From Takakia lepidozioides (lineage: Eukaryota; Plantae; Bryophyta): a DNA stretch of 64,000 bases. Below the pieces are notes generated by a model. It did no database searches and was not told the origin of the DNA. It was given only the letters and a program-made list of their open reading frames with translations. The stretch's first letter is position 1, and the number at the start of each line of letters is the position of its first letter. The position numbers and the translations under genes are program-made. This document shows, piece by piece, positions 13,548 to 24,113 of the stretch. The stretch lies in assembly GCA_030704615.1 (NCBI GenBank), contig CM060732.1, positions 57,350,001 through 57,414,000 on the forward strand, in the 5' to 3' direction.

Positions 13548-14850
13548 TTGTTGTGGGACGACATGGAGGAGATGTATGGAGCTACCAAGGGGCCTCGTAG
13601 GTACTCTGGAGCTATGGGCACAACTGAGCTGGATGACTTTATCCAGGAGTTCGACAGCTGGTGTGATTTGCAGCAGATGTGCGCAATCCACAGCTGTTCA
13701 CCCCATTTATGGCGTGGAAGGGACTGTTCCAGCATTTGGAAGGCCCGCCTATGGACGATTACCACGAGTTCAGGCGAGGACATGAAGCAGAGATTGAGAA
13801 GTGGAGGATGTATTGGTCACCTGACTACGTCTCCATTACTCGAGGCATGGCGCGACCAGTAGCTGCATCAGCACCAATATCTCCCACTGCCAGCACTAGT
13901 AGTGGAACAAGTAGTGCCGGTACTTCTGCAGGTGGTACCAGTTCAAAAGGTGTTACTACTCCTCCTGCCACAACTACAACACATGTGCCTAGATTCAACC
14001 CGGTGGTGGAGTTCTTCCAGGAGTTGCGGACGAACTACCAAGGCGTACGGACAGAGAAGCTGCAAAGTTTGCAAGACTTCCAGCGCAAATCCAGTGAGAG
14101 CTTGCGAGAGGCCTATACTCGTATGAGGCGCTTGATAAGTGTGACCCAAGGGGTTACTGAAGCTCAGGCAGTCCAGTTCTGGTATGGAATTTTGGACAAG
14201 GAGCTCAGGAGAAGGGTGCGGGATGCAACCTTGTTACAAGCGGCCCAACCCACATTAGCAGATGTGTTTCTGCTGGCTGAGCGGATTGAGCTCAACATGG
14301 TGGAGGAGCGAGTTATTACCATTGGATTTGGCAAGGACATGCCTGCACGAGGCGCAGTTGCCAGCCAACAGGTACAAGGGACTGCCCAACAGCGTGGTCA
14401 GGGGGGCAAGGTTGCCCAACCCAAATTCCATGGAGCTTACAGGGGACCTCAGGTATAGAGGCCAGTAGCTTCTTTTGCAGGCCAACAGAACCAGGGGTGG
14501 TATGTTGGACATGTCGAGGACCCCATGTCAAGAAAGATTGCCCAGAGAGTGGCAAAAGGCCAGCACAAGCACAGCCTGCACAGTTGCAGTGTGGGCATTG
14601 TGGCAAGTATGGGCATGGAGATGCCCAGTGTTATGACTTGCACCCTGAGTTGCAGCAAGGCCAGTTCCAAGGGAACAATGGTGGCCGAGGGCGAGCTGGA
14701 GCACCTCAGAGAGGACAAGGTGGTCAGGCACGAGGCGAGGACAAGCACAGTATGGCCAAGGACATGGAGGTCAGGGCATTGACCAAGGCATGGCCAACCG
14801 GCTTCAGCAACTAGAGCAAAGGCTTGCTGCCATGGCCACAGCTCAGGTGG
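13548..14850 (+). pseudogene. gag with two zinc knuckles (frameshifted)
   Basis: FQRKSSESLREAYTRMRRL resembles the major homology region. Knuckles CWTCRGPHVKKDC and CGHCGKYGHGDAQC. Confidence 0.85.
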
Positions 14851-15479
14851 TACCGGCTCCCAGGCGGGATGGTCCACCTCCTGCTCCTGAGGGAGGAGAT
14901 ATGGGAGGCATGGGATTCATGTGCGGAGTAGCACTACCACCAGAGTAGGTGGAGTCTGCTGCAGCCGTGACTCGAGGAGCATCACGAGTTCCTGAGCCAC
15001 GAGGTGCAGAGGTGGAATTGGATCCACAGCGTGGGGAGGCAAGCCGTCAGGCAAGGCTTCCTCAGTCATTCACATTGGCGGAGAGAGTGTCGACGCCATC
15101 CATGGCACCTAGTTCTCGCCCGACTGTTACCAAGGTGGAGGATACTATGCCATTGGGGAGAGCTACACGTGCAGCACTGACACCTGCTGCCAAGGCTAGT
15201 ACAGCCGGTGTGTTGTTGGGGGCAGCCACCTCTATGTGTCAAGCCCCACTGTTCTCGGCAACCATGATTGCGACGCCGGGGGTAAGACCAGCTGCAATGT
15301 TCAGACTAGCAACAACACTCTGTGAGAGTGGGGATGTCACTTCATCTTCTGCGAAGTTAGTGAAAGGTGTAGTGGCAGAGGGATCCTCGGATTTGAGGGT
15401 CAAGACTGCCACGGCTGCGCCATGGCAAGCTGCAGCTGCCAAGCTGACGGAGCTGCGAGCTAGGCCAGCCTTTGAGCGC

Positions 15480-15900
15480 GCCATGGTGACACCTGGAGTT
15501 GTCTTGTTAGACAATCAGGATGACATTTTCTTTTTGAGTGGACCGGCAGGCAAGAAGTACCGGCCACTGTGGGTCTTGTTGGACTCGGGAGCTCAGCCAC
15601 TGATGTTGGGCAGAGCTGCTGTTGCAGGTTTGGGCCTCATGGAGGCGGATATGGAGCCTTGCCCTTTCCAGATACAGACATCTCTGGGAGGAGCAGGCTC
15701 GAGGCATGACACGGCGTGAGTTGGCCATTAGACTGCAACTGGATCATCCTATAGATGGCTCAGTGATGCGAGCCAAGGCCATTATGACAGACGCGGTCTC
15801 TTACGATGTCCTCGTTGGTGGGGCAGTGTTATATCCCATGGGCTTCACCCTGGACTTTTGGGAGGAGTCAGCATCCTACAGGCCTGGATGGCAGTCAGGG
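15480..15900 (+). pseudogene. Aspartic protease domain
   Basis: VLLDSGA catalytic motif and YDVLVGGAVL C-terminal motif, with a frameshift near 15700. Confidence 0.85.
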
Positions 15901-16284
15901 GATGGTCGTCGTGCACAGCTCCTTGTGACATTCATTGGGGGTATTGCGGCTGCCCAGCGGGGCAAGATGCCAACACTAGCCGCCTTTACAGCTGCAGTTA
16001 GTTGGCTTGGAGAGTTGCTGGAAGGCAATGCCCATGCAAAGGATGTGCCACCTCTAGCAGAGCAGGATGACATGCATGGTACGGCGGAATTGCCTGCCAT
16101 GGTTGCTCACACTCCATTGTGGGATACGAGCAAGGATTTGCAGCAGACTGCTGATGGACGGGTACAACAAGCCTGGGTAGAGGCCTTCGTACCGTCAAGA
16201 GAAGAGGAGAGTGCGGTGATTGCACCAGGACCACCTCACTTGTCGCCATTGGACACCACACCTCTTGTGTGGCAGTGCCCGGAT

Positions 16285-17225
16285 GAAGGCATATGCCTTC
16301 TGGACTTGTTTGGCGGGATCAGCACTGGATTGGCTGCAGTACTGCAAGCAGGTGTACGAGTTCGACGTTACCTGTATGTAGAGAGGGATGAGACTGCACG
16401 ACGCGTCTCACTGCGCCATGTTGCTCAGTTGGTACAGCAGTACCCTGTTTTGTTGCCAGTGTATGCAGTTCGTGGATACCAACAAGCCTTGACAGCAGAC
16501 ATTTCGTTGCTGGGGGCGCAGGATTTGGAGCAGGTTGGCTCCATTGATCTGGTAGTGGCAGGTTGGCCCTGCCAAGGGCATTCATCAGCCGGGCATGGCA
16601 ATGGATTACGAAACTCGAGGACGGGTCTGTTTTGGGAGATGGTGCGGGTTTTGCGCCACTTGCAGCTTCATCAAGCTGTATCTCCAGCATACATCTTGGA
16701 GAATGTGCCACTGATGGGTGATTCTCAGGCTAGGGTGATGGCCAGTGTGCATCAAGTCCGGTCGTGGCTTGGGTCAGCAGTGTTGCTGGATGCAGCTGTA
16801 GTGGAGTCACAGGCTCATCGTCCACGGCTATGGTGGACTAACTTGATGCCACCCGCACTGCTCAAGCGTGCATTTGATGGGGTGCAGCGGCCAGCACACC
16901 TCACAGTGGATAGCATTTTGGACACAGGGAGGCAGTCTCAACGTGTGAGACACGATGACCGTTCGCCTAGGCAGTGGTCAACAGGGTGAATCAACCACGA
17001 GCAACATTACCTACACTGCTCAGCTTCCCAGGATCCCATGCTTTTCGGGATGGTGGACTTGGCCTCTTGTGGGATAGCCAATTGCAACAATTAGTGGAGC
17101 CCAATGCTGACGAGTGAGCGAGCGATGGGTTTTACCACTAGTACCACGGCGGTGCCATCTCTTTCAGAGGCATCACGTCGTCAGGTGTTGGGGCAAGCAA
17201 TGGATCTCAATTGCTTGACCTGGAT
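16285..17225 (+). pseudogene. C5 cytosine DNA methyltransferase (DNMT3-like) domain inside pol
   Basis: Motif I LLDLFGGI, II/III YVERD, IV VAGWPCQ, VI ILENV, VIII AHRPRLWWTN, IX ERAMGF, X RRQVLGQAM. Frameshifts near 16970 and 17105. Confidence 0.93.
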
Positions 17226-17664
17226 TATCAGCTTGGCTATGGCTGTGCAGCGCAGAGTACAGAGTACACTTCCCTTCATGGTTTCCCTGCCTACCGAGAC
17301 GGTACAAGCAGCGAGTGGGGGCGAGCAGGTGAGGACCACGAGGTGCAGGCCACATCTATGGCACACGTGGGAGGTGCTCGAGGTTCAGAAGGAGTTGGCA
17401 GCCAAGGCGGCGGTGATAGATCAGGTTGGGGATTTTTCTCGGATTGAGGAGATCCTCAAGAATGGGATGATGGGGCAGGATGAGACATTGTCACTGACAG
17501 AGGAGGCAGTGGTCACTGCTCAAGAGGTTGCAACATAGCAACCACAGGACGCGTCTTCTACCTCTAAGCCTGCTAGACTCAAGGTTGCAGTCACGGAGGA
17601 CAACTGGGAGCCTGATGTTGGACCTATAGTCACCGGAGGAGAGAGACGACGTATACGGCGGTTC

Positions 17665-19050
17665 TTGAGGGCTTACAAGAACTGCTTTGCCTTTAGTTTG
17701 AAGGATTTAGGAGCACTGAAGGGTCAAGAGATTCGCATTGAATTGGCTACTGACACGCCAATCTTTCGGAGACCCTATAGATACAGTGACATGGAGAGGT
17801 CCTTGATTCAGATGAGAACTCAGGACCTTTGGGAGGCTGGTTTGGTGGAGCTATCTGGGGGAGAGTATGCTTCAGTCACAGTGATGCCAGCCAAGAAGGA
17901 TGTCTATGACAATTGGACGGAGAGACGTATGTGCGGTGATTACCGGCCTGTAAATCATCAGACCAAGTCCGATAGGTATGCTATGCCGACACCAGAGGAG
18001 ATCTTTGATGCCATTGGGCATGCCAAGGTCTCTAGCACTTTGGATTTACGATCCGAATATCACCAGTTGCCGATCAAGGAGGCGGATAAGCAGAAGACGA
18101 CATTCTCGGGGATCAATGAGCACGGGAAGGATTGCCTATACCAGTGGCGGTTCTTACCATTTGGGCTTAAAAACGCTCCTGCAGAGCTTCAGAGAATCAT
18201 GGACAAGATTCTAGCAGGGGTGGAGTTTGCTCGGTGCTACATAGATGACATCATCATCTTTAGTGCTACGGTGGAGGAGCATGAGAGACACCTTCAGGTG
18301 GTATTTGAGCGCTTGAGGGCGCACGGATTGAAGTTACATCCGGGGAAGTGCAAGTTTTTCCACAACCAGATTGAGTATCTGGGTCACTTGATATATCCTG
18401 GAGGATTGGGGGTACAACAGACTAAGGTAGAGGCCATTGCACAGATTCCACGCCCCACGGATGTGAGTCGAGTTCGAGCTTTCATGGGGTTGACAAATTT
18501 TTATAGACGGTTTGTCAAGGGATTGAGTGCCATTGCAAAGGCTCTAACCAATCTGACCAAGGTGGACCAGGAGTGGTAGTGGGAAGATGAGCAAGAACGA
18601 GCTTTCCAAGAGCTCAAGGCGAGGTTGACCTCGGCGCCTATCTTGAGACAACCTATTAGGGGGCGTCCTTTTCAGCTGCATACAGATTGGAGCATGCTGG
18701 GGCTTGGAGCAGTGCTCACACAGGTGGATGATGAGGGAAGAGAGTTCGTAGTGGCTTATGCTAGCCGCTCGAACAACGTTGCAGAGTCTAAGTATAGCTC
18801 ATATGAGGGAGAATGCTTGGCTGCAGTGTGGGCCGTGGCACACTTCAGGTGCTATCTATACGGCAATCTCTTCACCCTTGTCACGGATCACCAGCCACTC
18901 AAGTGGTTGATGGAGTCAGACAAGCTTACGGGGAAGCTTGCACAGTGGGCACTCATCCTTCAAGAGTATGACTTTCAGGTTGTGCATCGACCAGGTTTGG
19001 TCAATCGCAATGCAGATGGGTTGAGTCGCAATCCATGCACGAGCCAGCAG
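17665..19050 (+). pseudogene. Reverse transcriptase and RNase H
   Basis: RMCGDYRPVN, PFGLKNAP, YIDDIIIF; LHTDWS, EGECLA, TDHQPL, NADGLSR. Stop at 18577-18579. Confidence 0.97.
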
Positions 19051-19351
19051 GATGACACTGGAGCTCGGTGGCATGGTGAGATGGATGAGGAGATGGTGCC
19101 CGGATGGCATGCATCTGTTGGCAGCGGAAGGCCAGGTTGGACCTGCAACAGGGATGACTGTAGATCAAGTGTCTGAGGACCCTGAGGCCAACAATGAGCA
19201 AGGTGACGCCAAAGATATACATGAGGATTCAGCTGTGTTGGACTATCTCCGCACTGGAGACACGACAGCCACTGTGACTGCCAAGGAGAGGGATCGGATC
19301 CTACAATGAGCCAAGAGGTTCAAGTGGGAGGGGACACACCTGCTGCTCCGA

Positions 19352-20662
19352 GTGTGGGAGGATGGTCGAGTGAGGATTGTGCTTCACCCAACACAGCGGG
19401 CACGGTTAGTGCGGCATGCCCATGAGGAGTTGGGGCATTTTGGGGTGCGACGCATTCATAGTCTACTGCAGGGGCAGTATTGGTGGCGTGGTATGCACAC
19501 AGAGGTGCAACAATTTGTGGCTAGGTGCATGGTGTGTGACAGGGTGCGTGCTTCATTCAACGCCCCTACTCCACAATTGCACCCTCTTCCGATCATGGGA
19601 TTGGGCTACAGGTGGAGTCTTGACTTCGCAGGGCCGTTGCCACTGACCATGCGCCACAACAAATATGTGTTGGTGATGGTGGAGCACTTCTCCAAGTGGA
19701 TCGAGTTGGTTCCATTGCCTGATAAGGCTAGTGAGGGAGCTGCGTATGCATTCTTGGATTGTGTACTTAGCCGATTCGGTGCTCCAGCTGAGGTACTCAC
19801 GGACCAAGGGAGAGAGTTCTTGGGGGAGTTTCAGGCATTGTGTGACAAGGCCTTGATAGACCACCGCACCACTTCTCGGGATCATCCTGAGGCCGATGGC
19901 TTGGCAGAGAGAGTTGTTCAGACAGTAAAGAGGGGTTTGCGCAAGTATGGCTTACAGAAGGGACACCTAGGAGATTGGGACCTTCAGTTACCCTGGTTAG
20001 CCATGGGCTACAGGTTCAGCAAGCAAGCATCACTTGCCTCCTTCTCACCATACTTTCTTCTCTTTGGCCGAGAGCCGGATTTGCCTACATCCATTCGTAG
20101 AGAAGCTGCTACAGTTCTTAACCTTAACGATCCGGACGTTTGGGCACGTGCATGTGATCAGCGTGCAGAGTTGTTCAAGAAAGTCATGCCCATGGCTTTC
20201 GAGAACCTTGCCATTGCCCAACATCATTATACGTTGAGGTATGCTACCATACGTGGTGGGGGCTATCGTCCTGGGGTTTGGAGATTCAACCCTGGTGACT
20301 ATGTCTATCTGCAGCAGACTGCTCCTACGACCTTGGATGTGACTGCAGGACGTGTTATTTTGAGGGTTCGAGAGGTCTTGCCCTCAGGCGTCTTGATCTT
20401 GGAGGGTCGGGATGGCATAACTTGGAAGGACCATGTGCGTAATTGTGCGCCATGTCACCTTCCGAATGTCGATGGCAGGATTGACCCAAACCTGGCAGTG
20501 GTATCTGCAAGTTTGAGGTGCATGTTGTGTGGGTCTGCTAGAGGGGCAGCCACCATGCTGGTATGTGATCGATGCTCTAGAGGTTGGCATATGGGATGCT
20601 TGACTCCACCTCTTGAGATGGTTCCGGATGGGGATTGGTTATGTCCACATTGCATTGGATAG
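19352..20662 (+). CDS. DDE integrase with C-terminal PHD finger
   Basis: HHCC (HEELGH..CMVC), SLDFAGPLP, LTDQGREF, GLAERVVQT. PHD C4HC3: CMLC..CDRCSRGWHMGC..WLCPHC. Confidence 0.96.
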   Translation: MWEDGRVRIVLHPTQRARLVRHAHEELGHFGVRRIHSLLQGQYWWRGMHTEVQQFVARCMVCDRVRASFNAPTPQLHPLPIMGLGYRWSLDFAGPLPLTMRHNKYVLVMVEHFSKWIELVPLPDKASEGAAYAFLDCVLSRFGAPAEVLTDQGREFLGEFQALCDKALIDHRTTSRDHPEADGLAERVVQTVKRGLRKYGLQKGHLGDWDLQLPWLAMGYRFSKQASLASFSPYFLLFGREPDLPTSIRREAATVLNLNDPDVWARACDQRAELFKKVMPMAFENLAIAQHHYTLRYATIRGGGYRPGVWRFNPGDYVYLQQTAPTTLDVTAGRVILRVREVLPSGVLILEGRDGITWKDHVRNCAPCHLPNVDGRIDPNLAVVSASLRCMLCGSARGAATMLVCDRCSRGWHMGCLTPPLEMVPDGDWLCPHCIG

Positions 20663-20919
20663 TGGGAGTGGATACAACCATGGAAGGCTAACAAGAAACG
20701 CAAGGCCAAGCTACTAGGAGACCTTGAACACACAAGATCCTGGCTCAAGTTCACAGATTGCAAGATGACGACTAATGATGGGGCTACTCTTGTACCCGGC
20801 CTCTTGGTCTATAGAGTTTGAGTACAATAGGGACAGTGATAGAGGACTTAGTACGGCTATGGCTATTACATCTTGTAGCTATCTGGAGTTAGAGGGACCT
20901 ATCCACCAGCTAGGGGGGC

Positions 20920-21007
20920 GATTGTGGCAGACTACTTTATTGTGCATATATGCGTAGTGTGGTTTGGACAGCGATGTAGTTGTGTAGCGATATGTATGCG
21001 CACGACA
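20920..21007 (+). repeat. Repeat A1 (88 bp)
   Basis: Matches 21365-21452 with 1 mismatch. Preceded by the purine run tagggggg. Confidence 0.95.
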
Positions 21008-21009
21008 GC

Positions 21010-21250
21010 TGTCAAGTTAAATAAACACAGTGTGAAACTAACTAGAATAAAGCTAGTTATTTGTATTTAACACTTGGATTTAGTTCAAGTGTTAAGTCAG
21101 GTGTCAAGTTTAGTTTGACACCTGAACCGTCTTATCTTCACGAGAGCGTCAGTCGTGCGGCTCATCTCTCTCGAGTTGAGCCTGCACGACCGAGCTCCTT
21201 CACGCTTTAGAATCTGAGTGTGCTATGTAGGGAGAATAGGTTGTTGTGGG
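21010..21250 (+). repeat. Repeat B2 (241 bp)
   Basis: Matches the reverse complement of 1394-1634. Confidence 0.95.
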
Positions 21251-21364
21251 GTGGAGTCCCCATAGCTTGGGGTGCCCCTGGCTCGACTTCTATTTTAAAG
21301 AGTGATGAGTGATGGTGTTGGTTTTCATGTTTCTTGTGTCAACAGTGTGTTTTTAGTTTTCTAT

Positions 21365-21452
21365 GATTGTGGCAGACTACTTTATTGTGCATATATGCGT
21401 GGTGTGGTTTGGACAGCGATGTAGTTGTGTAGCGATATGTATGCGCACGACA
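21365..21452 (+). repeat. Repeat A2 (88 bp), 3' terminus of the retroelement
   Basis: Copy of A1. Ends GACA, followed by ACGG and resumption of MULE sequence. Confidence 0.95.
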
Positions 21453-21456
21453 ACGG

Positions 21457-24113
21457 TGTCATGGAGTCCCTGTAACGCCAGCACAACATCTCGTGCACCT
21501 CTGGCAAGGGAATCGAAAGCACACTACACGTGCTCGTCTAAATCGGACATTCCTGAAACAGATGAGTTGGACAAAGTGAGTCTGACAGGATGGTGGAAGA
21601 AAAGACCATGAACTTCACAACGGTCCAGAAGAAGTCAGCATTACCTTCTAGGAGGTTGCCAATGAGACCAATATCTTGGATTTGGCGTCCCAAGCATGCT
21701 CCATCAAGATGGCGAATCGCTGGCATGCGGTTTTCAAATGGAGAGCCGCACCATAGGATTTTGAATACATCCGGTCTGTTCAACACAATATCGAACACTG
21801 CTCGCTCCATTACCGCAGTATACCATTGCAACGCCTCATCCACAACACTCTTCTTACCCGCATCCGAATCTGAATGAAACAAATACTTCCTCAATTTTTG
21901 CAGGTCCTTTACCAATTTACTGTATGAACGGAAATTGCCGAACTGCATCCATCGATGGTGAAGGAAAGAATTAGCAATGCGATCAAAGTACTCTTCAGTA
22001 ATTCCAAGCAAGTGCTTTCCCCGCACCCCAAAGGTGGGATGTGCCATGGGCATATGTCTGAGTTCCTGAGGCCGTGGGTCATCCATGAGGATTAATTGGA
22101 CAAGCAGTGGCGGGGCATTTTGGACCTTTGTGGCAGCCAGGGCCACAGAATGTGCGCTTTCGAGGACTTCATTCGCTTCTGCCATAATAAATTCCATGGA
22201 ATAATGAAAGGGAACAAAAGGCCACCGTCCGTCCGTGACAATGCGATGGAGCTCATTATACCAATCCACATTGTCATTGATTTCCCCCACCCTCAGACGG
22301 GCAAGTGTCAGGTCCACAGCTTCGGTATGAGCGGCAATGGCGAGCGCCAAACTCCAAAAAGTCCCGTGGTGGTCGTGACAATGAGACTCTGCTGGCTGGG
22401 AGTCCGCTGGACAATAGTGTGGTGGATGGGCATCTTCTGGGTGGCAGTCTGCGGGCTGGGAGTTTGCAAAGCAGTCTGCTGGATGGGAGTATGCTGGACG
22501 AGAGTCTGGTACATGGGAGTGTGCTGGACAAGACTGCGCTGACTGTGAGTCTGGTGGGAAAGAGTCTGCTGGGCAAGAGTCTGGTGGATGCCAGATTGGG
22601 TGAGGTTTGTGTCCACCGAGTCTGCAGTGAGTATGGTGTTGACCGGGGAGTTGGCGAGTGCTTTGTCTGCAGAGTCTAGTGCTGCTATGGTGTCTGCTGA
22701 GCCAAGGTACTTAAACAAGATGTACTCCCGCACCCGCTCCACTTCCTGGCGCACCGCATTCACTACTAAAGGAGGGTCGGAGCTCACCGTCCGCCAAGCA
22801 CACAAGGCCTCCCGAATACTGGCTTGTTCATCCTAGTATATGACAGAAAACCCAAAAACTCAACATCGGACTCACTAGCAGCATACTCACTAGCAGACTC
22901 ATGAGCAGACTCACCAGCATCGTGGCACAGAACAAAGGAACCAGCGGACTCCAGGGACTGACGAGCAAGTCCACAAGCAGGGGACTGACCAGCAAGTCCA
23001 CAAGCAGACTGACGCGTCAAACCGAGCAGGTAGACTGAACCAGCAGACTCTATGACAACAGACACCAACTGTAGGGACAAACTGGGCATTACCTCGTCAT
23101 CGTCATCATCGACACAGACGTCCTCCTAATCTTCAAGGGAGCTCAACCAATTTTCCTCCGCTGCTCGGATGGTTCTGTTGAGCTGTCCGGACTGGGCGAA
23201 ACTCTAGAAAAAATGGAAGAAGTCTGGATCGTCCACTGGTGGGCACACCGATGGGAGAAGCCCAAATGGTATCAGGCGCAAATGTGCCAGGATAGACTCC
23301 ACTGCTAGTCTCTTTCGACTGGACTTCGTCCACGTGAACCCTCGACTGGTCAAGCAAGACAATGTCGAAGGGAGATGAGACACCTCCCAGATGTGCGAAT
23401 TCATCATTCCGAATGATGTCTGCAGACGGCTCAGCAGACTGGCTCTCACTCGAAGTACTGATGGTCTGCGTCTGTTGCATAGACCGTCTCCCTGGCACAG
23501 CCCGTGACACTTCCCGACTGCCTTGGGGACGAGTCTGCTGTTGAGATTTCGCCCTCGCCTCCCGAGCAGACCTTGCAGCCTTTTCTCTTTCTTTCTTCTG
23601 GGCCCCATCACTAAGTTTCCTTTTTCTGGGAGCCACAGGTGATGGCGATGTCAGGTCATGCATATCTTGCATTGAAACATCTGAACCCACCCCATACCGT
23701 GCGCGCACCTCCGCCAAAGTGCGGGCCTTTGGGTTTGCGCCACGGAGTCTGGCCGTGGCCGCATTCACCACCCTCATTGAACTTTGAACTGGCCACGGCT
23801 TGAAGCCAGGTGGGATATAGCGCTTGTTTTTGCAACCCGTGTCAACACAATGGCGGTTTAGCTGCACTTTGTCCTTGATAATTTCACTACAGAAGGGACA
23901 TTGGAGCTTATCCTTCTGCCAGTTGGAGTCTGCAGGCTTGATTGCGCGGAGGTCTAAGAATGCTTCGACTATTTTTGCATCATACTCCTCAGGTGAATAC
24001 CAGTACCTTCGCTCCTTTAGCCTGGACTTGTGCATGAAATGCAACCAGTCTACTCCACCCTTTGCACAAGCATCCTCCATGGCTGCAGAATCAGACAAGA
24101 GCTGCAGCGGCAA
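21457..24113 (-). pseudogene. 5' part of the MULE accessory gene (Zn-finger-like N-terminus plus helical domain); continues into 1635-4751
   Basis: ORFs 23133-24113 (CPFC..LNRHCVDTGC), 22308-22805 and 21538-22350. After removing the retroelement, ...DVVLALQGLHD joins TVQQTADD... in frame with ORF 1826-2881. Confidence 0.7.

Larger units (their letters stand above)
12000..21452 (+). mobile_element. Main body of a Gypsy-like retroelement: gag-PR-DNMT-RT-RH-INT-PHD followed by A-B-A terminal repeats
   Basis: Domain order RT-RH-INT is Ty3/Gypsy-type. Ends GCACGACA at 21452, followed by TSD ACGG. The left boundary is an inversion breakpoint and is approximate. Confidence 0.9.

Noticed and set aside
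21004-21461. Tyrosine-recombinase-type integration through the shared TGTCA core
   Set aside because: That predicts a right junction GACAGCTGTCA-TGG. The observed GACA-ACGG-TGTCATGG fits a TSD. No tyrosine recombinase ORF was seen and a DDE integrase is present.
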